From: Clostridiales bacterium
GTDB lineage: Bacteria > Bacillota > Sulfobacillia > CADDZV01
Assembly (NCBI GenBank): GCA_902812875.1
Contig: CADDZV010000002.1
Coordinates: 19,318 to 43,317 of the forward strand
Length of the DNA: 24,000 nucleotides
Direction of reading: 5' to 3'
Shown here: positions 14,743 to 24,000 of the stretch, piece after piece
Position numbering within the stretch: the first letter of the stretch is position 1
How the letters are laid out: every line of letters begins with the position of its first letter
Position numbers and translations under genes: made by a program
The notes under the pieces: model-generated
The model's database searches: none
Seen by the model: only the letters and a program-made list of their open reading frames with translations
What the model was told of the DNA's origin: nothing

Positions 14743-15945
14743 CTACCGGAAGGCCACCGAAAGCCAACCGGCTCCAAGCATGATCCCGGCCGCCAAAAAG
14801 AACATCAGGGCGACGGCGGCCGTGGCCAGACCGACCAGTGTGAGGCCGTGCCCCATGCTGGCCAGGGTGTCGGCGACCAGGCCGGCCCCGAGCGGCTGTA
14901 CCAACGCCGCCGCCAGTTTATAGACCATGATGAGCACCACAAGCTTGATGAGCGGCAGGGTCACTGTCAGGACAAGGGCAAAAAGCCCTGCCAGACCGAC
15001 CACGCTTTTGACCAGCAACGACGTACCCACCACGACCTCAACGGCATCAGAGAACATCTTCCCGACCACCGGGACGAAAGACCCGGTAAGGAACTTAGCG
15101 GTGCGAACGGTGATGCCATCTGAAACGGCCGCTGCCGCCCCGGACACCGCCGTTACCCCCAGAAACACTGCCAAAAGTACCCCGAGCGTACCGGTCGCCA
15201 GGCTGCGAAAAAGATCTGCCAGCCGCGTCAGCCGGGCGGGTTCCGCCAGGTTGGATGCCACCTCCAGCACCACAGCGAAAACCATCAAAGGAACGGCCAC
15301 ATCGGCCACCAGCACACTGATCGTGTGAACGGCAATAATCATCGCCGGTGACAGGATGCCAGCCGTGGTCACCGCCCCGGCGCTGACGCACAACCCGGCC
15401 AGTAGCGGCAACAACGACAACATGTAATTTACAAGGTCACTGATCGCACCGCGGGAGACGCCCACGGCTGAGCGAAAGCCGCCCATGCCGAGAGCCAGAA
15501 TCACAAGATACGCTACGGTCCAGGCCGTCCGCCCTACCGTTTCCCCTTCGTAGGCCGCCTGCAGGTTGGCCAGTACCGCCGCCACGGCAGACAGCACCAC
15601 CAGCTGGCCAAGTAGACGCAGGTTGACTACCACTGCCCCCAAAAAGTAAGCCACCAGTGCCTGCCAAATCCCGTTCCAGTCAAAGGAACGACGGCCACGC
15701 ACCATGTCCCACCAGTCCCGCAAGGTCACGGGAGGCAGCTTGCCGCCCAGGTCGCGGTTGAGCTGTTCCAGGTAACGTTCGATCTCCTGGGCCTGGTCGG
15801 AGGAAAGCTCTTCCTGGATGATCTTTTCCTCCACGCCGTCAGAAGCTTCGTTCGCCGCTGTGCCAGTCTCCGCCACGGCACACACGGGCCATGCCAAGCC
15901 AGCCGCCACCACGATTACCGCTACCGCAATCTGCCAGGCCTTCAT
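14743..15945 (-). CDS. spoIIIAE: Stage III sporulation protein AE (polytopic membrane protein)
   Basis: 400 aa with a signal-like N-terminus (MKAWQIAVAVIVVAAGLAWPVCAVA), a soluble acidic segment, then about 7-8 TM segments. Size and operon position are typical of SpoIIIAE. Confidence 0.9.
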   Translation of the reverse strand: MKAWQIAVAVIVVAAGLAWPVCAVAETGTAANEASDGVEEKIIQEELSSDQAQEIERYLEQLNRDLGGKLPPVTLRDWWDMVRGRRSFDWNGIWQALVAYFLGAVVVNLRLLGQLVVLSAVAAVLANLQAAYEGETVGRTAWTVAYLVILALGMGGFRSAVGVSRGAISDLVNYMLSLLPLLAGLCVSAGAVTTAGILSPAMIIAVHTISVLVADVAVPLMVFAVVLEVASNLAEPARLTRLADLFRSLATGTLGVLLAVFLGVTAVSGAAAAVSDGITVRTAKFLTGSFVPVVGKMFSDAVEVVVGTSLLVKSVVGLAGLFALVLTVTLPLIKLVVLIMVYKLAAALVQPLGAGLVADTLASMGHGLTLVGLATAAVALMFFLAAGIMLGAGWLSVAFR

Positions 15946-15946
15946 A

Positions 15947-16333
15947 TCAACCGAGCAAAGACAGCACCAGATCCATCACCGCTACCAGGACCGGCACCGC
16001 CAGCACTAGAATGAGAACCTTGGCCGCCAGTTCCACCTTGGAAGCAAGCGCCCCCTCGCCCGCATCCCTGGCGATTTGGGCCGCGAACTCGGCCACATAC
16101 GAGATGCCAATGACGCGCAGCACAGTCCCGACGTAAAACTCGCCGGCCCCGGCCCGGTTGGCAAGATCGGAAACCACGTTCAGGATGGCCCGCAGTTCAT
16201 CGACCACGAGGAGCAGAATCAGAGCCGAGGCAGCCAGGGAAAGACCTACCGCCAGCTCAGGTATGTAGCGGCGTACGACCACGAGCAGCACCGCTGCCAC
16301 CACGCCGAGACCGGCCACCTGGAACACAGACAC
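15947..16333 (-). CDS. spoIIIAD: Stage III sporulation protein AD
   Basis: 128 aa. VLRVIGISYVAEFAAQIARDAGEGALASKVELAAKVLILVLAVPVL aligns with B. subtilis SpoIIIAD (ILKIIGIAYIAEFGAQITKDAGQGAIASKIELAGKILILVMAVPIL). Confidence 0.92.
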   Translation of the reverse strand: MSVFQVAGLGVVAAVLLVVVRRYIPELAVGLSLAASALILLLVVDELRAILNVVSDLANRAGAGEFYVGTVLRVIGISYVAEFAAQIARDAGEGALASKVELAAKVLILVLAVPVLVAVMDLVLSLLG

Positions 16334-16346
16334 GGCATATCCCCCT

Positions 16347-16562
16347 TTAGAGGTGGAACATCGCGCGCACAGCGTCGAAAAGCTGGTTAATCAACTGGAT
16401 CACCATCAGCGAAACGATGACCACGCCAGCTAACGCGATCATGTAGCCAAGCTCTTCCCGCCCGGCCCGGCTGACCACGGTCTGAAGTATGTACGTGATG
16501 ATGGCGATCCCGGCAATCTGAAACACCAGGTCGATGTTCACCCCGGTTCCTCCCTCCAGCAT
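16347..16562 (-). CDS. spoIIIAC: Stage III sporulation protein AC
   Basis: The core VNIDLVFQIAGIAIITYILQTVVSRAGREELGYMIALAGVVIVSLMVIQLINQLFDAVRAMF matches SpoIIIAC (about 65-70 aa). The start is either ATG 16562 or, perhaps better, GTG 16541 with GGAGG 7 nt upstream. The track's 134-aa version overlaps spoIIIAB and is rejected. Confidence 0.85.
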   Translation of the reverse strand: MLEGGTGVNIDLVFQIAGIAIITYILQTVVSRAGREELGYMIALAGVVIVSLMVIQLINQLFDAVRAMFHL

Positions 16563-16569
16563 TACCCTC

Positions 16570-17091
16570 CTAGTAAAGGGCCAGTGCCACTCCCAAGCCA
16601 CCGAAAAGGCCCAACGCCCGCCACACCCGGCCCAGCCGCCGGGCTTCGGCCTCGGCCGGGCCCACGGCCTCCCCGAGGCGGGCATGGGCAAGCCGCAGAT
16701 GCCGGATTTGGTCGTCCCGCCCCGAGGCCCCAAGCACATCTGCAAGCTCACTCATCGCCGCCCAGTCGGCTACACTGAGGGCCGCGGACGCCGACGCCTG
16801 CCGTATGGCGTTTTGCCAGGCTTCGGCTACCGGCGCCGGCCGAGGCCCCACCAACCCCCCGGCCGCGACGCGTGCCAAGGTCGCCGCCGGCTCGGCCACC
16901 GTTCGCTCGGCCCGGCGTAGAGCCTGCGGCAGCGGTACCGCAGCGTAAGCGATGTCGGTCTCCAGCACCTCCAATAGGTGCATTAGGGCCCTCAGCTCGC
17001 GTGGCCGCGCCTCCACCCGCGCCGCGACCTGCCAACCCCACAGGGTGGACGAAACTACCACCATCAAGGCACCAAGCGGCCGCACATTCAT
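16570..17091 (-). CDS. spoIIIAB: Stage III sporulation protein AB
   Basis: 173 aa from ATG 17091, which overlaps the spoIIIAA stop as ATGA. It has an N-terminal TM segment, then ERPRELRALMHLLEVLETDIAYAAVPLPQAL (compare B. subtilis ERPRQIRQLRAALQSLEAEIMYGHTPL), and a C-terminal TM segment. Confidence 0.87.
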   Translation of the reverse strand: MNVRPLGALMVVVSSTLWGWQVAARVEARPRELRALMHLLEVLETDIAYAAVPLPQALRRAERTVAEPAATLARVAAGGLVGPRPAPVAEAWQNAIRQASASAALSVADWAAMSELADVLGASGRDDQIRHLRLAHARLGEAVGPAEAEARRLGRVWRALGLFGGLGVALALY

Positions 17092-18167
17092 GGTGCTACC
17101 TCCCGGCGCCGCATACACGCCTTCGCAAGTGAAAAGAGGGCTTCGCCCTTTTCGTCCAACACAGCTTCGACAGTGCCAGGGCCCTGCCGCCGGCTGATGA
17201 TCACCACGCGCTGGAACACACCCTCGGCCACCAGCTGGCCCAAGCCCGGCCTGCGCAGTACTTCCTCACGCGTGCTGGCGTGCGCGGTGGCAAGTACCGA
17301 TACGCCGGCCACGGCTGCCTCCTGGATCGCCGCCACGTCCTGAGGCGTCCCGATTTCGTCTGTAGCCACGATTTCCGGGGCCAGGGTCCGGATGGCCAGC
17401 ATGAGACCGGCTCCCTTCGGGCAGGCATCGAGCACATCGGTACGCCAGCCAACGTCGCACTGGGGTACCCCCAGGTAGGAACAGGCCACTTCGCTCCGCT
17501 CGTCGACCAGCGCCACGCGGGCCCCCGGCCAACCGTCCGGCGGGTACCCGGCAGACAAAAGCCGCACGAGGTCACGCAACATGGTGGTCTTGCCGCCGCG
17601 GGGACGGGAAATGATCAGAGTGGGCAGAAAATACCGCTCTTCGCCACAGGCACGCGTCAGAAGAAAGGGCAGAATTGACGTGGCCAGGCCCGGCACCTCT
17701 CTTGGCAGCCGCACAGCCAGGGAACTGACGGGATGGATGGTCTTGACCGCACCCTCGTCCGCCACCACGTGTCCGGCTATGCCTACCCGGTAACCGCCGG
17801 CCAAGGTGAGAAATCCGCCCCGCAGTTCTTCTTCCCGGGCGTAGATGGAACCCTGGCACATCAGCTGCAGGGCAGCGGTAATGTCCTCCGGGCTCGGTTG
17901 CAACGCGGCCCCCGGATTGGTGGCCAGGGTGCCTTCCGGGGTTACCCAAAGGTCACGATCGAAAGCGGCGACCGTCAAGGGACGCTGTGCCCGGAGCCTG
18001 ATCTCCTCCGCAACCTGCCACACGGTGGATGGCAGGCGGGACAAGGCACCGCGGATGGTGGGTGGGAAATAACCTAATATGCTTGGGTCGCCGCGGCCTG
18101 ACCGGGGAGCCGTCGCGGCGGCGGGAGAACCGGACTCATATAAACCGCCAAAAACTTTAGCGGCCAC
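17088..18167 (-). CDS. spoIIIAA: Stage III sporulation protein AA (AAA+/secretion-ATPase-like)
   Basis: It has Walker A SRPRGGKTTMLRD and a Walker B-like PEIVATDEIG, and is the first gene of the spoIIIA series. The start is set at GTG 18167, with AAAGGAGG 7 nt upstream. The track's GTG at 18194 has no RBS. Confidence 0.9.
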   Translation of the reverse strand: MAAKVFGGLYESGSPAAATAPRSGRGDPSILGYFPPTIRGALSRLPSTVWQVAEEIRLRAQRPLTVAAFDRDLWVTPEGTLATNPGAALQPSPEDITAALQLMCQGSIYAREEELRGGFLTLAGGYRVGIAGHVVADEGAVKTIHPVSSLAVRLPREVPGLATSILPFLLTRACGEERYFLPTLIISRPRGGKTTMLRDLVRLLSAGYPPDGWPGARVALVDERSEVACSYLGVPQCDVGWRTDVLDACPKGAGLMLAIRTLAPEIVATDEIGTPQDVAAIQEAAVAGVSVLATAHASTREEVLRRPGLGQLVAEGVFQRVVIISRRQGPGTVEAVLDEKGEALFSLAKACMRRREVAP

Positions 18168-18205
18168 GCTCTGGCCTCCTTTGAACCTGTCCACGTGGTC
18201 GCTAA

Positions 18206-18235
18206 TAGATATGAGTCCTTGCTCCGGTTAATTAC
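18206..18235 (-). promoter_or_regulatory. Possible sigma-E-type (mother-cell) promoter for spoIIIA
   Basis: The minus strand has GTAATTA (plus 18229-18235, overlapping the upstream ORF's TAA), 15 nt, then CATATCTA (plus 18206-18213). This resembles the remembered sigma-E consensus (kmATATT ... CATACAnT). It is a match by eye only. Confidence 0.3.
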
Positions 18236-18504
18236 TGGCTTTGGGTGGTCTGCTCGGGCTGGGACTGCCCGGAGCCGTTCTGGTCACCAGCTACGCTCTC
18301 CTCCAGGCTCGCCAAGTCATCGTCCACGACGGAAACATACTCGTCGAGGTCCTCGATCGTCCTGGTGAGCTCGTCGATCTCTTTGGCCATGCCGTCAACG
18401 ACCTCGAGCAGTTCCACCACGATCTGGCCTTCCCTGCTCTGCGAACTGACGTCCAGGCCCCGGGCCAGACCCTGCAGGTAAGCGATTTTCTCTCTCCAGT
18501 CCAT
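18232..18504 (-). CDS. Small acidic, helical/coiled-coil-like protein of unknown function
   Basis: 90 aa: MDWREKIAYLQGLARGLDVSSQSREGQIVVELLEVVDGMAKEIDELTRTIEDLDEYVSVVDDDLASLEESVAGDQNGSGQSQPEQTTQSQ. AAGGGGGG lies 6 nt upstream of the ATG. It has the same orientation and tight spacing as efp and spoIIIAA. It has no TM segment or known catalytic motif. Confidence 0.6.
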   Translation of the reverse strand: MDWREKIAYLQGLARGLDVSSQSREGQIVVELLEVVDGMAKEIDELTRTIEDLDEYVSVVDDDLASLEESVAGDQNGSGQSQPEQTTQSQ

Positions 18505-18556
18505 GTCCTGCCCCCCTTGCCCACCGTATTCCCGCCTGGGACAGGACTAGTATGCT

Positions 18557-19114
18557 TCAGGCCCGTTCCACGTACTCACCGGTGCGGGTGTCGACGCGTA
18601 CGACTTCGCCCTCGTTCACGAACAGTGGCACCTGCACCACCACTCCGGTTTCCAACTTGGCCGGCTTGCGGCCACCGGTAGCCGTATCTCCCCGCACGCC
18701 GGGTTCAGTTTCCACGACTTTCAGCTCTACGACGTTCGGCAGTTCCACGCCCACGATCTGCCCCTGGTAGGTGGTGAGATAAACCGTCATGTTTTCTTTT
18801 AGATACAGGGGCGCATTGCCCAGCTGCTCACGCGCCAGGGTAGTCTGTTCGTAATTCTCCGTATCCATAAATGTATACTGGCCGTCCGCCTCATAGAGGA
18901 ACTGCGTCTCACGCCGCTCCAGATATGCGCGCGGCAGTTTTTCGCCGGCGTCAAACGTGCGCTCGATTACGTTCCCGGTGCGGATATTTTTCAGCTTTGC
19001 CCGCACGAAAGGCGAGCCCTTGCCTGGTTTCACATGTTGAAAATCCACTACCGACCAGATGTCACCGTCTACCTCGACGGTCACGCCAATGTGAAAATCG
19101 TTGGTCGAAATCAA
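18557..19114 (-). CDS. efp: Translation elongation factor P
   Basis: 185 aa with a canonical EF-P sequence: [54 protein letters not shown]... It uses a TTG start with GGGGGGA upstream. Confidence 0.97.
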   Translation of the reverse strand: MISTNDFHIGVTVEVDGDIWSVVDFQHVKPGKGSPFVRAKLKNIRTGNVIERTFDAGEKLPRAYLERRETQFLYEADGQYTFMDTENYEQTTLAREQLGNAPLYLKENMTVYLTTYQGQIVGVELPNVVELKVVETEPGVRGDTATGGRKPAKLETGVVVQVPLFVNEGEVVRVDTRTGEYVERA

Positions 19115-19136
19115 ACCAATCCCCCCGTAGCCACTG

Positions 19137-20228
19137 TTAGAGTTGAATGAGTTCCTTTGGGCTGTGCGTTAGTACCCTGGCTTGCGTCGCCTCCACAACC
19201 ACCACGTCTTCGATTCGCACGCCGCCCCACCCTGGAATGTAGATGCCGGGCTCCACCGTCACAACCGCCCCTACGGGCAGCGTCTTTTGTTCCGTCGGGC
19301 TGAGCCGCGGTCCGGCATCGTGCACGTTGAGTCCGACGCCGTGGCCCAAGCCGTGCCCAAAGTATTGGCCGTAGCCAGCCCGGGCGATCACGTCACGGGC
19401 AATGGCATCGACGTCCCGGCCAACCTTGCCGGCCGCCACCGCGGCGATACCAGCCAGTTGGGCCGCGAGAACAGTCTCGTAAACTTTTTTCTGTTCCTCA
19501 CTAATTTTCCCCACCGCTACCGTCCGAGTCATGTCGGAGCAGTAGCGGTCGACGAGCACGCCGAAATCCAGGGTGATAAATTCTCCGGATTGCACCTGCC
19601 GGTCAGTGGGTTCCCCGTGCGGCAGCGCGCCCCGCGGTCCAGAGGCCACAATGCTGGGAAACGACATGGCCGTGGCGCCGCGCCGGCGGAGGTAAAATTC
19701 CAGCTCGACATTGATGTCGCGCTCAGACACCCCAGGTTTGATGAAACTCAAAATGTAGGTGAACCCCTCGTCCGCCAGGGCCACTGCCCGCTCGATCCGG
19801 GCGATTTCTTGCGGGTCTTTTACCGCCCGCAGTTCCTCGACGATCCCCTGCGTCGGCACGAGCTCTACGGGAGCCAGGGCCGCCGACATTTCCTCGAATG
19901 CCTGATAGGTTATGTGTTGCTTCTCAAACCCAAGCCGGCCCACGCGGAATTCGTCTACCAGTGATTTGACGGTCGCGAAGACAGGCGTCCCATGTTGTTC
20001 GACGCGATAACCAGCCGCTTCCAGGCGGGCCTGCTCCGTGTAGCGCGAGTCGGTAACCACCACCGCATTTTCCTGCGTCACAAGTAGCCCGGCCGTTCCC
20101 CCGGAAAACCCGCTCAAATAGAACATATTGGTCGGGTTGGTTACCCACATGCCATCCAGGTTACCTCCCTGCGCCATCGCCGCCCTGAACGCAGCCAGCC
20201 GCCGAGCAAAATCAATTTCCTCCGGCAT
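19137..20228 (-). CDS. pepP: Xaa-Pro aminopeptidase / M24B family peptidase (YqhT-like)
   Basis: 363 aa with an N-terminal creatinase/prolidase domain. M24 metal-ligand blocks are present: [56 protein letters not shown]. Confidence 0.9.
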   Translation of the reverse strand: MPEEIDFARRLAAFRAAMAQGGNLDGMWVTNPTNMFYLSGFSGGTAGLLVTQENAVVVTDSRYTEQARLEAAGYRVEQHGTPVFATVKSLVDEFRVGRLGFEKQHITYQAFEEMSAALAPVELVPTQGIVEELRAVKDPQEIARIERAVALADEGFTYILSFIKPGVSERDINVELEFYLRRRGATAMSFPSIVASGPRGALPHGEPTDRQVQSGEFITLDFGVLVDRYCSDMTRTVAVGKISEEQKKVYETVLAAQLAGIAAVAAGKVGRDVDAIARDVIARAGYGQYFGHGLGHGVGLNVHDAGPRLSPTEQKTLPVGAVVTVEPGIYIPGWGGVRIEDVVVVEATQARVLTHSPKELIQL

Positions 20229-20257
20229 CGCTTTGCAACCTCCCCCAATGACCTTGG

Positions 20258-21178
20258 TTATGATACCCTGGCCGCGTCCCCTGGCACAATCCGGGTCAAG
20301 GCAGCCGGTACACCTTCGCTGTCAACGCCGTGCTCGTTCCACGCCCTGGTCAGATACTTGTGTGCGAGAAGCCAATCCACACGGTTGGCTTCCTCCTCCG
20401 TTATTGCTGATGGCACAAACCTCAGGTCCAAGGCTTCGGCCATGCCGGCCACCACGGCATCCGCGAGCTCTTCCGCCGGCAACGGGCGGCCGAGAATATC
20501 CGCCAGGCCGGCCGCGTGGCTGGCAAAAGCTGCCTCGGCCTGCCGCCGTACGTCTGGATCGGGGATGTGGAACCCCCACAAGTGCCTTTGCGGATTGGCC
20601 TCGAGCAAGATGGCCCCGTGTTGCAGGAAATACCCGCCCCGGCGGACCTGGGCGCTTCCTACCACCTTCCGCCCGCCCACCATCAGTTCGTAGGCGGAAG
20701 GCGTGTCAAAACAGACACCGGCCCACTGCGATTCCCCGTCAGGTCCTGTTTCACCGGCCTCCGGTAGCATCGTTGCCGCGCGGTGGTGCGGCGGCTGGAG
20801 TTCTGCCTCCAGACCCAGCCGCCGCAAAGCTGCCACCAGCCCGGCACTTACACGCCGGTACACCGAAAGCACGTCACTGCCCAACCCGCGTACCGGGGCA
20901 ACCACCGCGTAGGTAAGCTCGCGATCGTGGAACACCGCACCGCCACCGGTCGGCCGGCGCACGAATTCCCATCCCATGGCTTGGCAATGGTCCCGGTCCA
21001 CCTGCCGGGCATCACCGTGGTAACCGATGGAGATCGCCGCCGGCTCCCACCGATAAAGGCGCAATACCGGCATCGAAGCACCCGAGGCCACGCTGAGGAA
21101 CAGGGCCTCATCGCACGCCATGTTATACGAAGCCGGATGAGCCCCGTCCAGAATCATGCGCCAGTCTTGTCCCGCCAC
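20258..21178 (-). CDS. Lipoate-protein ligase / octanoyltransferase family protein (LplA/LipM-like)
   Basis: 306 aa with the BPL/LPL catalytic-domain pattern: NMACDEALFLS..., VLRLYRWEPAAISIGYH, FVRRPTGGGAVFHDRELTYAVV, GRKVVGSAQVRRGGYFLQHGAILL (conserved Lys). It follows gcvPB directly, which fits lipoylation of GcvH. GTG 21178 is used as the start; ATG 21157 is an alternative. Confidence 0.85.
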   Translation of the reverse strand: MAGQDWRMILDGAHPASYNMACDEALFLSVASGASMPVLRLYRWEPAAISIGYHGDARQVDRDHCQAMGWEFVRRPTGGGAVFHDRELTYAVVAPVRGLGSDVLSVYRRVSAGLVAALRRLGLEAELQPPHHRAATMLPEAGETGPDGESQWAGVCFDTPSAYELMVGGRKVVGSAQVRRGGYFLQHGAILLEANPQRHLWGFHIPDPDVRRQAEAAFASHAAGLADILGRPLPAEELADAVVAGMAEALDLRFVPSAITEEEANRVDWLLAHKYLTRAWNEHGVDSEGVPAALTRIVPGDAARVS

Positions 21179-22657
21179 CTAACCATCTTCCTCTTTACGC
21201 ACGGACCGCCACGCCAGGTCGGGGTGCCGGGCTGCCCTGGTTTCGTCGAGCCGTCCTACGGGCGTAGTGTACGGAGCGTTTTGCACCTTTTCCGGCTCCA
21301 GCTCGGCCTCACGGGCGATTTCCGCCATGACGGAAATAAAGCGGTCAAGCGTCTCTTTGCTCTCGGTCTCGGTAGGCTCGATCATCAAGGCCTCCTCGAC
21401 AATGAGCGGGAAGTAAATGGTAGGCGGGTGGGTCCCGAAGTCGAGCAGTCGCTTCGCCACATCCAACGCCCGCACACCGTGTTTTTTCTGCTGGACAGCC
21501 GAGGCCACGAATTCGTGCTGGCAGAGCCCCGGGTATGGGATGTGGTAGTACGGCCGCAACCCGTTCATGACGTAGTTGGCGTTCAACACGGCATCTTTGC
21601 TCATCCGCACAAGCCCGTCCGGTCCGAGCATTCGGATGTAAGTGTATGCCTTCACAAGCACTCCGAAATTGGCATAGAACGTACGGACGCGCCCGATGGA
21701 CAGGGGCCCGCTGTAGTCGAGCCCGTACCGGTTTCCATCGAACGAGATCAGTGGCCGCGGCAAAAACGGTACCAAGTCCGCGCTTACGCCCACGGAGCCG
21801 GCCCCCGGACCGCCACCACCGTGCGGCGTGGAGAACGTCTTGTGAAGGTTGAAATGCACGATGTCGAAGCCCATGTCACCTGGGCGCGAGATACCGCAGA
21901 TAGCGTTGGCGTTGGCCCCGTCATAATAAAGGAGCCCGCCGGCGTCGTGAACAATACGCGCGATCTCCGCAATGTTTTTCTCAAACAACCCGAGGGTACT
22001 TGGATTCGTGAGCATCAAGGCCGCCGTGTTTGGACCCACCAGCCGCCTCAGTTCCTCGAGGTCTACACCGCCCGTGGCATCCGACTTCACCGTTACCACG
22101 TCAAAACCGCACATGGCGGCACTGGCGGGATTGGTCCCGTGGGCCGAGTCCGGCACGATCACCTGCCGGCGGTCCTGCCCCTTGTGGCGGTGGTACGCCT
22201 TGACGATGAGCATGCCGGTCAGCTCGCCGTGGGCGCCGGCCGCCGGCTGCAGGGTGGTGCGTGCCACACCCGCGATCTCCGACAGGTACTGTTCGAGCTC
22301 ATACATGAGCTTCAAAGCGCCCTGAGAGAGCTCTTCCGGTGTATAAGGATGAAGCCCTGTGAATCCCGGCAGGCTCGCCATGTCCTCGTTGATCTTGGGG
22401 TTGTATTTCATCGTGCACGAACCCAGTGGGTAAAACCCGTTGTCGACGCCATGGTTGCGACGGGATAGGCCGGTGTAATGCCGGATGACGTCAACCTCGG
22501 ATACCTCAGGCAGCGCAGGCGGTTTGTCACGTAGGGCCTGCGAGGGCAGAAGGTCCGCCACGCGCTTCCGCGGTACGTCACTGGCCGGCAGCGAAACCCC
22601 GCGCCGTCCCGGCTGTGACCGCTCAAAGATCAGCGGATAGTCCGTTTGGCTAGACAT
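21179..22657 (-). CDS. gcvPB: Glycine dehydrogenase (decarboxylating) subunit 2
   Basis: [24 protein letters not shown]..., [17 protein letters not shown], and the PLP-lysine block [18 protein letters not shown] are present. The start is ATG 22657, with GGAGGTG 7 nt upstream, and it overlaps the gcvPA end by 8 nt. Confidence 0.95.
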   Translation of the reverse strand: MSSQTDYPLIFERSQPGRRGVSLPASDVPRKRVADLLPSQALRDKPPALPEVSEVDVIRHYTGLSRRNHGVDNGFYPLGSCTMKYNPKINEDMASLPGFTGLHPYTPEELSQGALKLMYELEQYLSEIAGVARTTLQPAAGAHGELTGMLIVKAYHRHKGQDRRQVIVPDSAHGTNPASAAMCGFDVVTVKSDATGGVDLEELRRLVGPNTAALMLTNPSTLGLFEKNIAEIARIVHDAGGLLYYDGANANAICGISRPGDMGFDIVHFNLHKTFSTPHGGGGPGAGSVGVSADLVPFLPRPLISFDGNRYGLDYSGPLSIGRVRTFYANFGVLVKAYTYIRMLGPDGLVRMSKDAVLNANYVMNGLRPYYHIPYPGLCQHEFVASAVQQKKHGVRALDVAKRLLDFGTHPPTIYFPLIVEEALMIEPTETESKETLDRFISVMAEIAREAELEPEKVQNAPYTTPVGRLDETRAARHPDLAWRSVRKEEDG

Positions 22658-24000
22658 GCGCACCCACCTCCCCGAGAAGGTTGGCCAGACGCTCGATGTC
22701 ATCCCGCGTCCGTTTCTCCGTCACCGCCACGAGCAGGTGGTCGTCCATACCGGGGACAAACCGGCCAAGCGGCACCCCCGCCAGCACGCCGTGCTGTGCA
22801 CAGTAACGCACTACTTCGGTGGCGGGCACCGGTGTATGGATGGCAAACTCCTTGAAGAAGGGCGACCAGAATGACCCCTCGAAACCGGGAATGTTCACGA
22901 TCAACTCGCGGGCATAGTGGGATTTCTGCAGACACAGGTCCGCCACTTCACGGAGCCCTTCGGGACCCATGAGGGAGAGGTAGACGGCAGCCGTCAAGGC
23001 GTTAAGGGCATGGTTACTGCAGATGTTCGAGGTGGCGCGTTCGCGCCGGATGTGCTGCTCGCGGGCTTGCAAGGTGAGGACAAACCCCCGCCTGCCCTGC
23101 CCATCGACCGTGGCCCCGACGATACGCCCCGGCATCCGCCGCAGAAGAGCTTCCCTGGCGGCCAAAAAACCAAGGTAGGGCCCGCCGAACGAAAGTGACA
23201 TGCCGAGTGCCTGCCCGTCGCCCACTGCGATGTCGGCTCCGTAGTCGCCGGGGGACCGCAATATTCCCAACGATATGGGATCAACGCTCGCAATAAACAG
23301 GGCACCATGGGCGTGGACTATCTCCCCGATTTCGTCCACCGGTTCGAGGCAGCCGAAGAAGTTGGGGTGCTGCACCACCACGCCAGCAACGTCGTAACGT
23401 TGGAGGGCGTCTCGGAGATGGTCGAGGTCGGTCACGCCGTCGACCTGTGGCACCGCCACCACTTCCACCCCGGGCGCCGCCATGTACGTGTTGATCACCT
23501 GGCGGACCTCCGGGTGCACTGTCTCCGAGACCACGATGACCTGCCGCCGGGTAATGTCGCGGGCCATGAAACATGCCTCGGCTGCTGCGCTCCCGACGTC
23601 GTACATCGAGGCGTTGGTCACGTCCATCCCAGTCAGGGTGCAGATCATGCTCTGGTATTCATAAAACGACTGCAGGTTACCCTGGCTGACTTCCGGCTGG
23701 TACGGAGTGTATGACGTGTAGAACTCGGCACGGCCTGTAATGTGGTGCACAGCCGCCGGAATGAAATGGTCGTAGGCGCCGGCTCCGAGAAAACTGATGT
23801 AACGGTCGCTTGAGGCGTTCCGGGCTGCCAGGCTGCTGATAAGCCGCTCCGCCTCCATTTCGGAAAGCCCGGGCGGAAGCCGCAGGCTCCCCTGCACTCG
23901 CAGCGAAGCGGGAATGTTGGCAAAAAGCTCATCAACCGATTCGATGCCGAGCGCCTGGAGCATGGCCTGGCGGTCCTGGTCTGTATGAGGAAAGTACGGG
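22650..24000 (-). CDS. gcvPA: Glycine dehydrogenase (decarboxylating) subunit 1; 5' end just beyond the right edge
   Basis: The track ORF starts at an internal Met (23963). The frame stays open upstream to the window edge and reads [30 protein letters not shown]..., matching the usual GcvPA N-terminus (M-x-Y-I-P-H-T-x-x-D...). Only a few codons are missing. Confidence 0.95.
   Translation of the reverse strand, partial: PYFPHTDQDRQAMLQALGIESVDELFANIPASLRVQGSLRLPPGLSEMEAERLISSLAARNASSDRYISFLGAGAYDHFIPAAVHHITGRAEFYTSYTPYQPEVSQGNLQSFYEYQSMICTLTGMDVTNASMYDVGSAAAEACFMARDITRRQVIVVSETVHPEVRQVINTYMAAPGVEVVAVPQVDGVTDLDHLRDALQRYDVAGVVVQHPNFFGCLEPVDEIGEIVHAHGALFIASVDPISLGILRSPGDYGADIAVGDGQALGMSLSFGGPYLGFLAAREALLRRMPGRIVGATVDGQGRRGFVLTLQAREQHIRRERATSNICSNHALNALTAAVYLSLMGPEGLREVADLCLQKSHYARELIVNIPGFEGSFWSPFFKEFAIHTPVPATEVVRYCAQHGVLAGVPLGRFVPGMDDHLLVAVTEKRTRDDIERLANLLGEVGAHV

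Noticed and set aside
7906-18194. N-terminally extended versions of ORFs in the track: folD 363 aa, DUF2273 132 aa, accC 460 aa, aroQ 159 aa, spoIIIAH 245 aa, spoIIIAC 134 aa, spoIIIAB 182 aa, xseB 106 aa, gcvPB 507 aa
   Set aside because: The extensions overlap the 3' ends of the upstream genes, are Arg/Gly/Cys-rich, and lack homology to the family N-termini. Internal starts with good Shine-Dalgarno spacing, or ATGA coupling, reproduce canonical N-termini.
20783-22468. 561-aa plus-strand ORF, the longest plus-strand ORF in the window
   Set aside because: It is entirely antisense to gcvPB and the lipoate ligase gene, whose products have unmistakable conserved motifs. Its translation is Arg/Pro/His/Val-rich with no recognisable domain. 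This is a typical stop-free antisense frame in high-GC DNA.
1-24000. Search for CRISPR arrays, IS/transposase genes, integrases, toxin-antitoxin pairs, phage genes, tRNA or rRNA
   Set aside because: I saw no repeat-spacer periodicity, no terminal inverted repeats flanking an ORF, no transposase or integrase-like translation in any frame, and no cloverleaf-like or rRNA-like segments. The window is core-genome housekeeping and sporulation DNA apart from the two RNA elements.

Overview
All supportable genes in this 24 kb window lie on the minus strand, tightly packed and often overlapping by 4 nt (ATGA). The sequence looks like a high-GC, endospore-forming Firmicute, and gene order closely follows the Bacillus subtilis yqh-yqi region. 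In transcription order (right to left): gcvPA (5' end off-window), gcvPB, a lipoate-protein ligase family gene, an Xaa-Pro aminopeptidase, efp, a small acidic ORF, spoIIIAA to spoIIIAH, aroQ, accC, an asp23/amaP/DUF2273 trio, nusB, folD, xseA, xseB, ispA, a ydaO-type (c-di-AMP) riboswitch with a bshA-like GT4 glycosyltransferase, a ~650 nt ORF-free structured gap, a 206-aa four-segment membrane protein, dxs, and nadK (3' end off-window). There are two main results. First, the ORF-free gap at about 3340-3990 sits between ispA and a small membrane protein followed by dxs, which is the known context of OLE (ornate, large, extremophilic) RNA and its partner OapA. It contains many nested stems, and several include G-U pairs that work only in the minus-sense transcript. 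Second, a very good match to the ydaO/c-di-AMP riboswitch consensus at about 5316-5420 (minus) precedes the bshA-like gene, an unusual cargo for this class. The riboswitch and its gene sit upstream of the OLE/oapA/dxs block on the same strand. I saw no rRNA, tRNA, CRISPR array, IS element or phage gene. The many long plus-strand ORFs in the track are antisense artefacts of high GC content.
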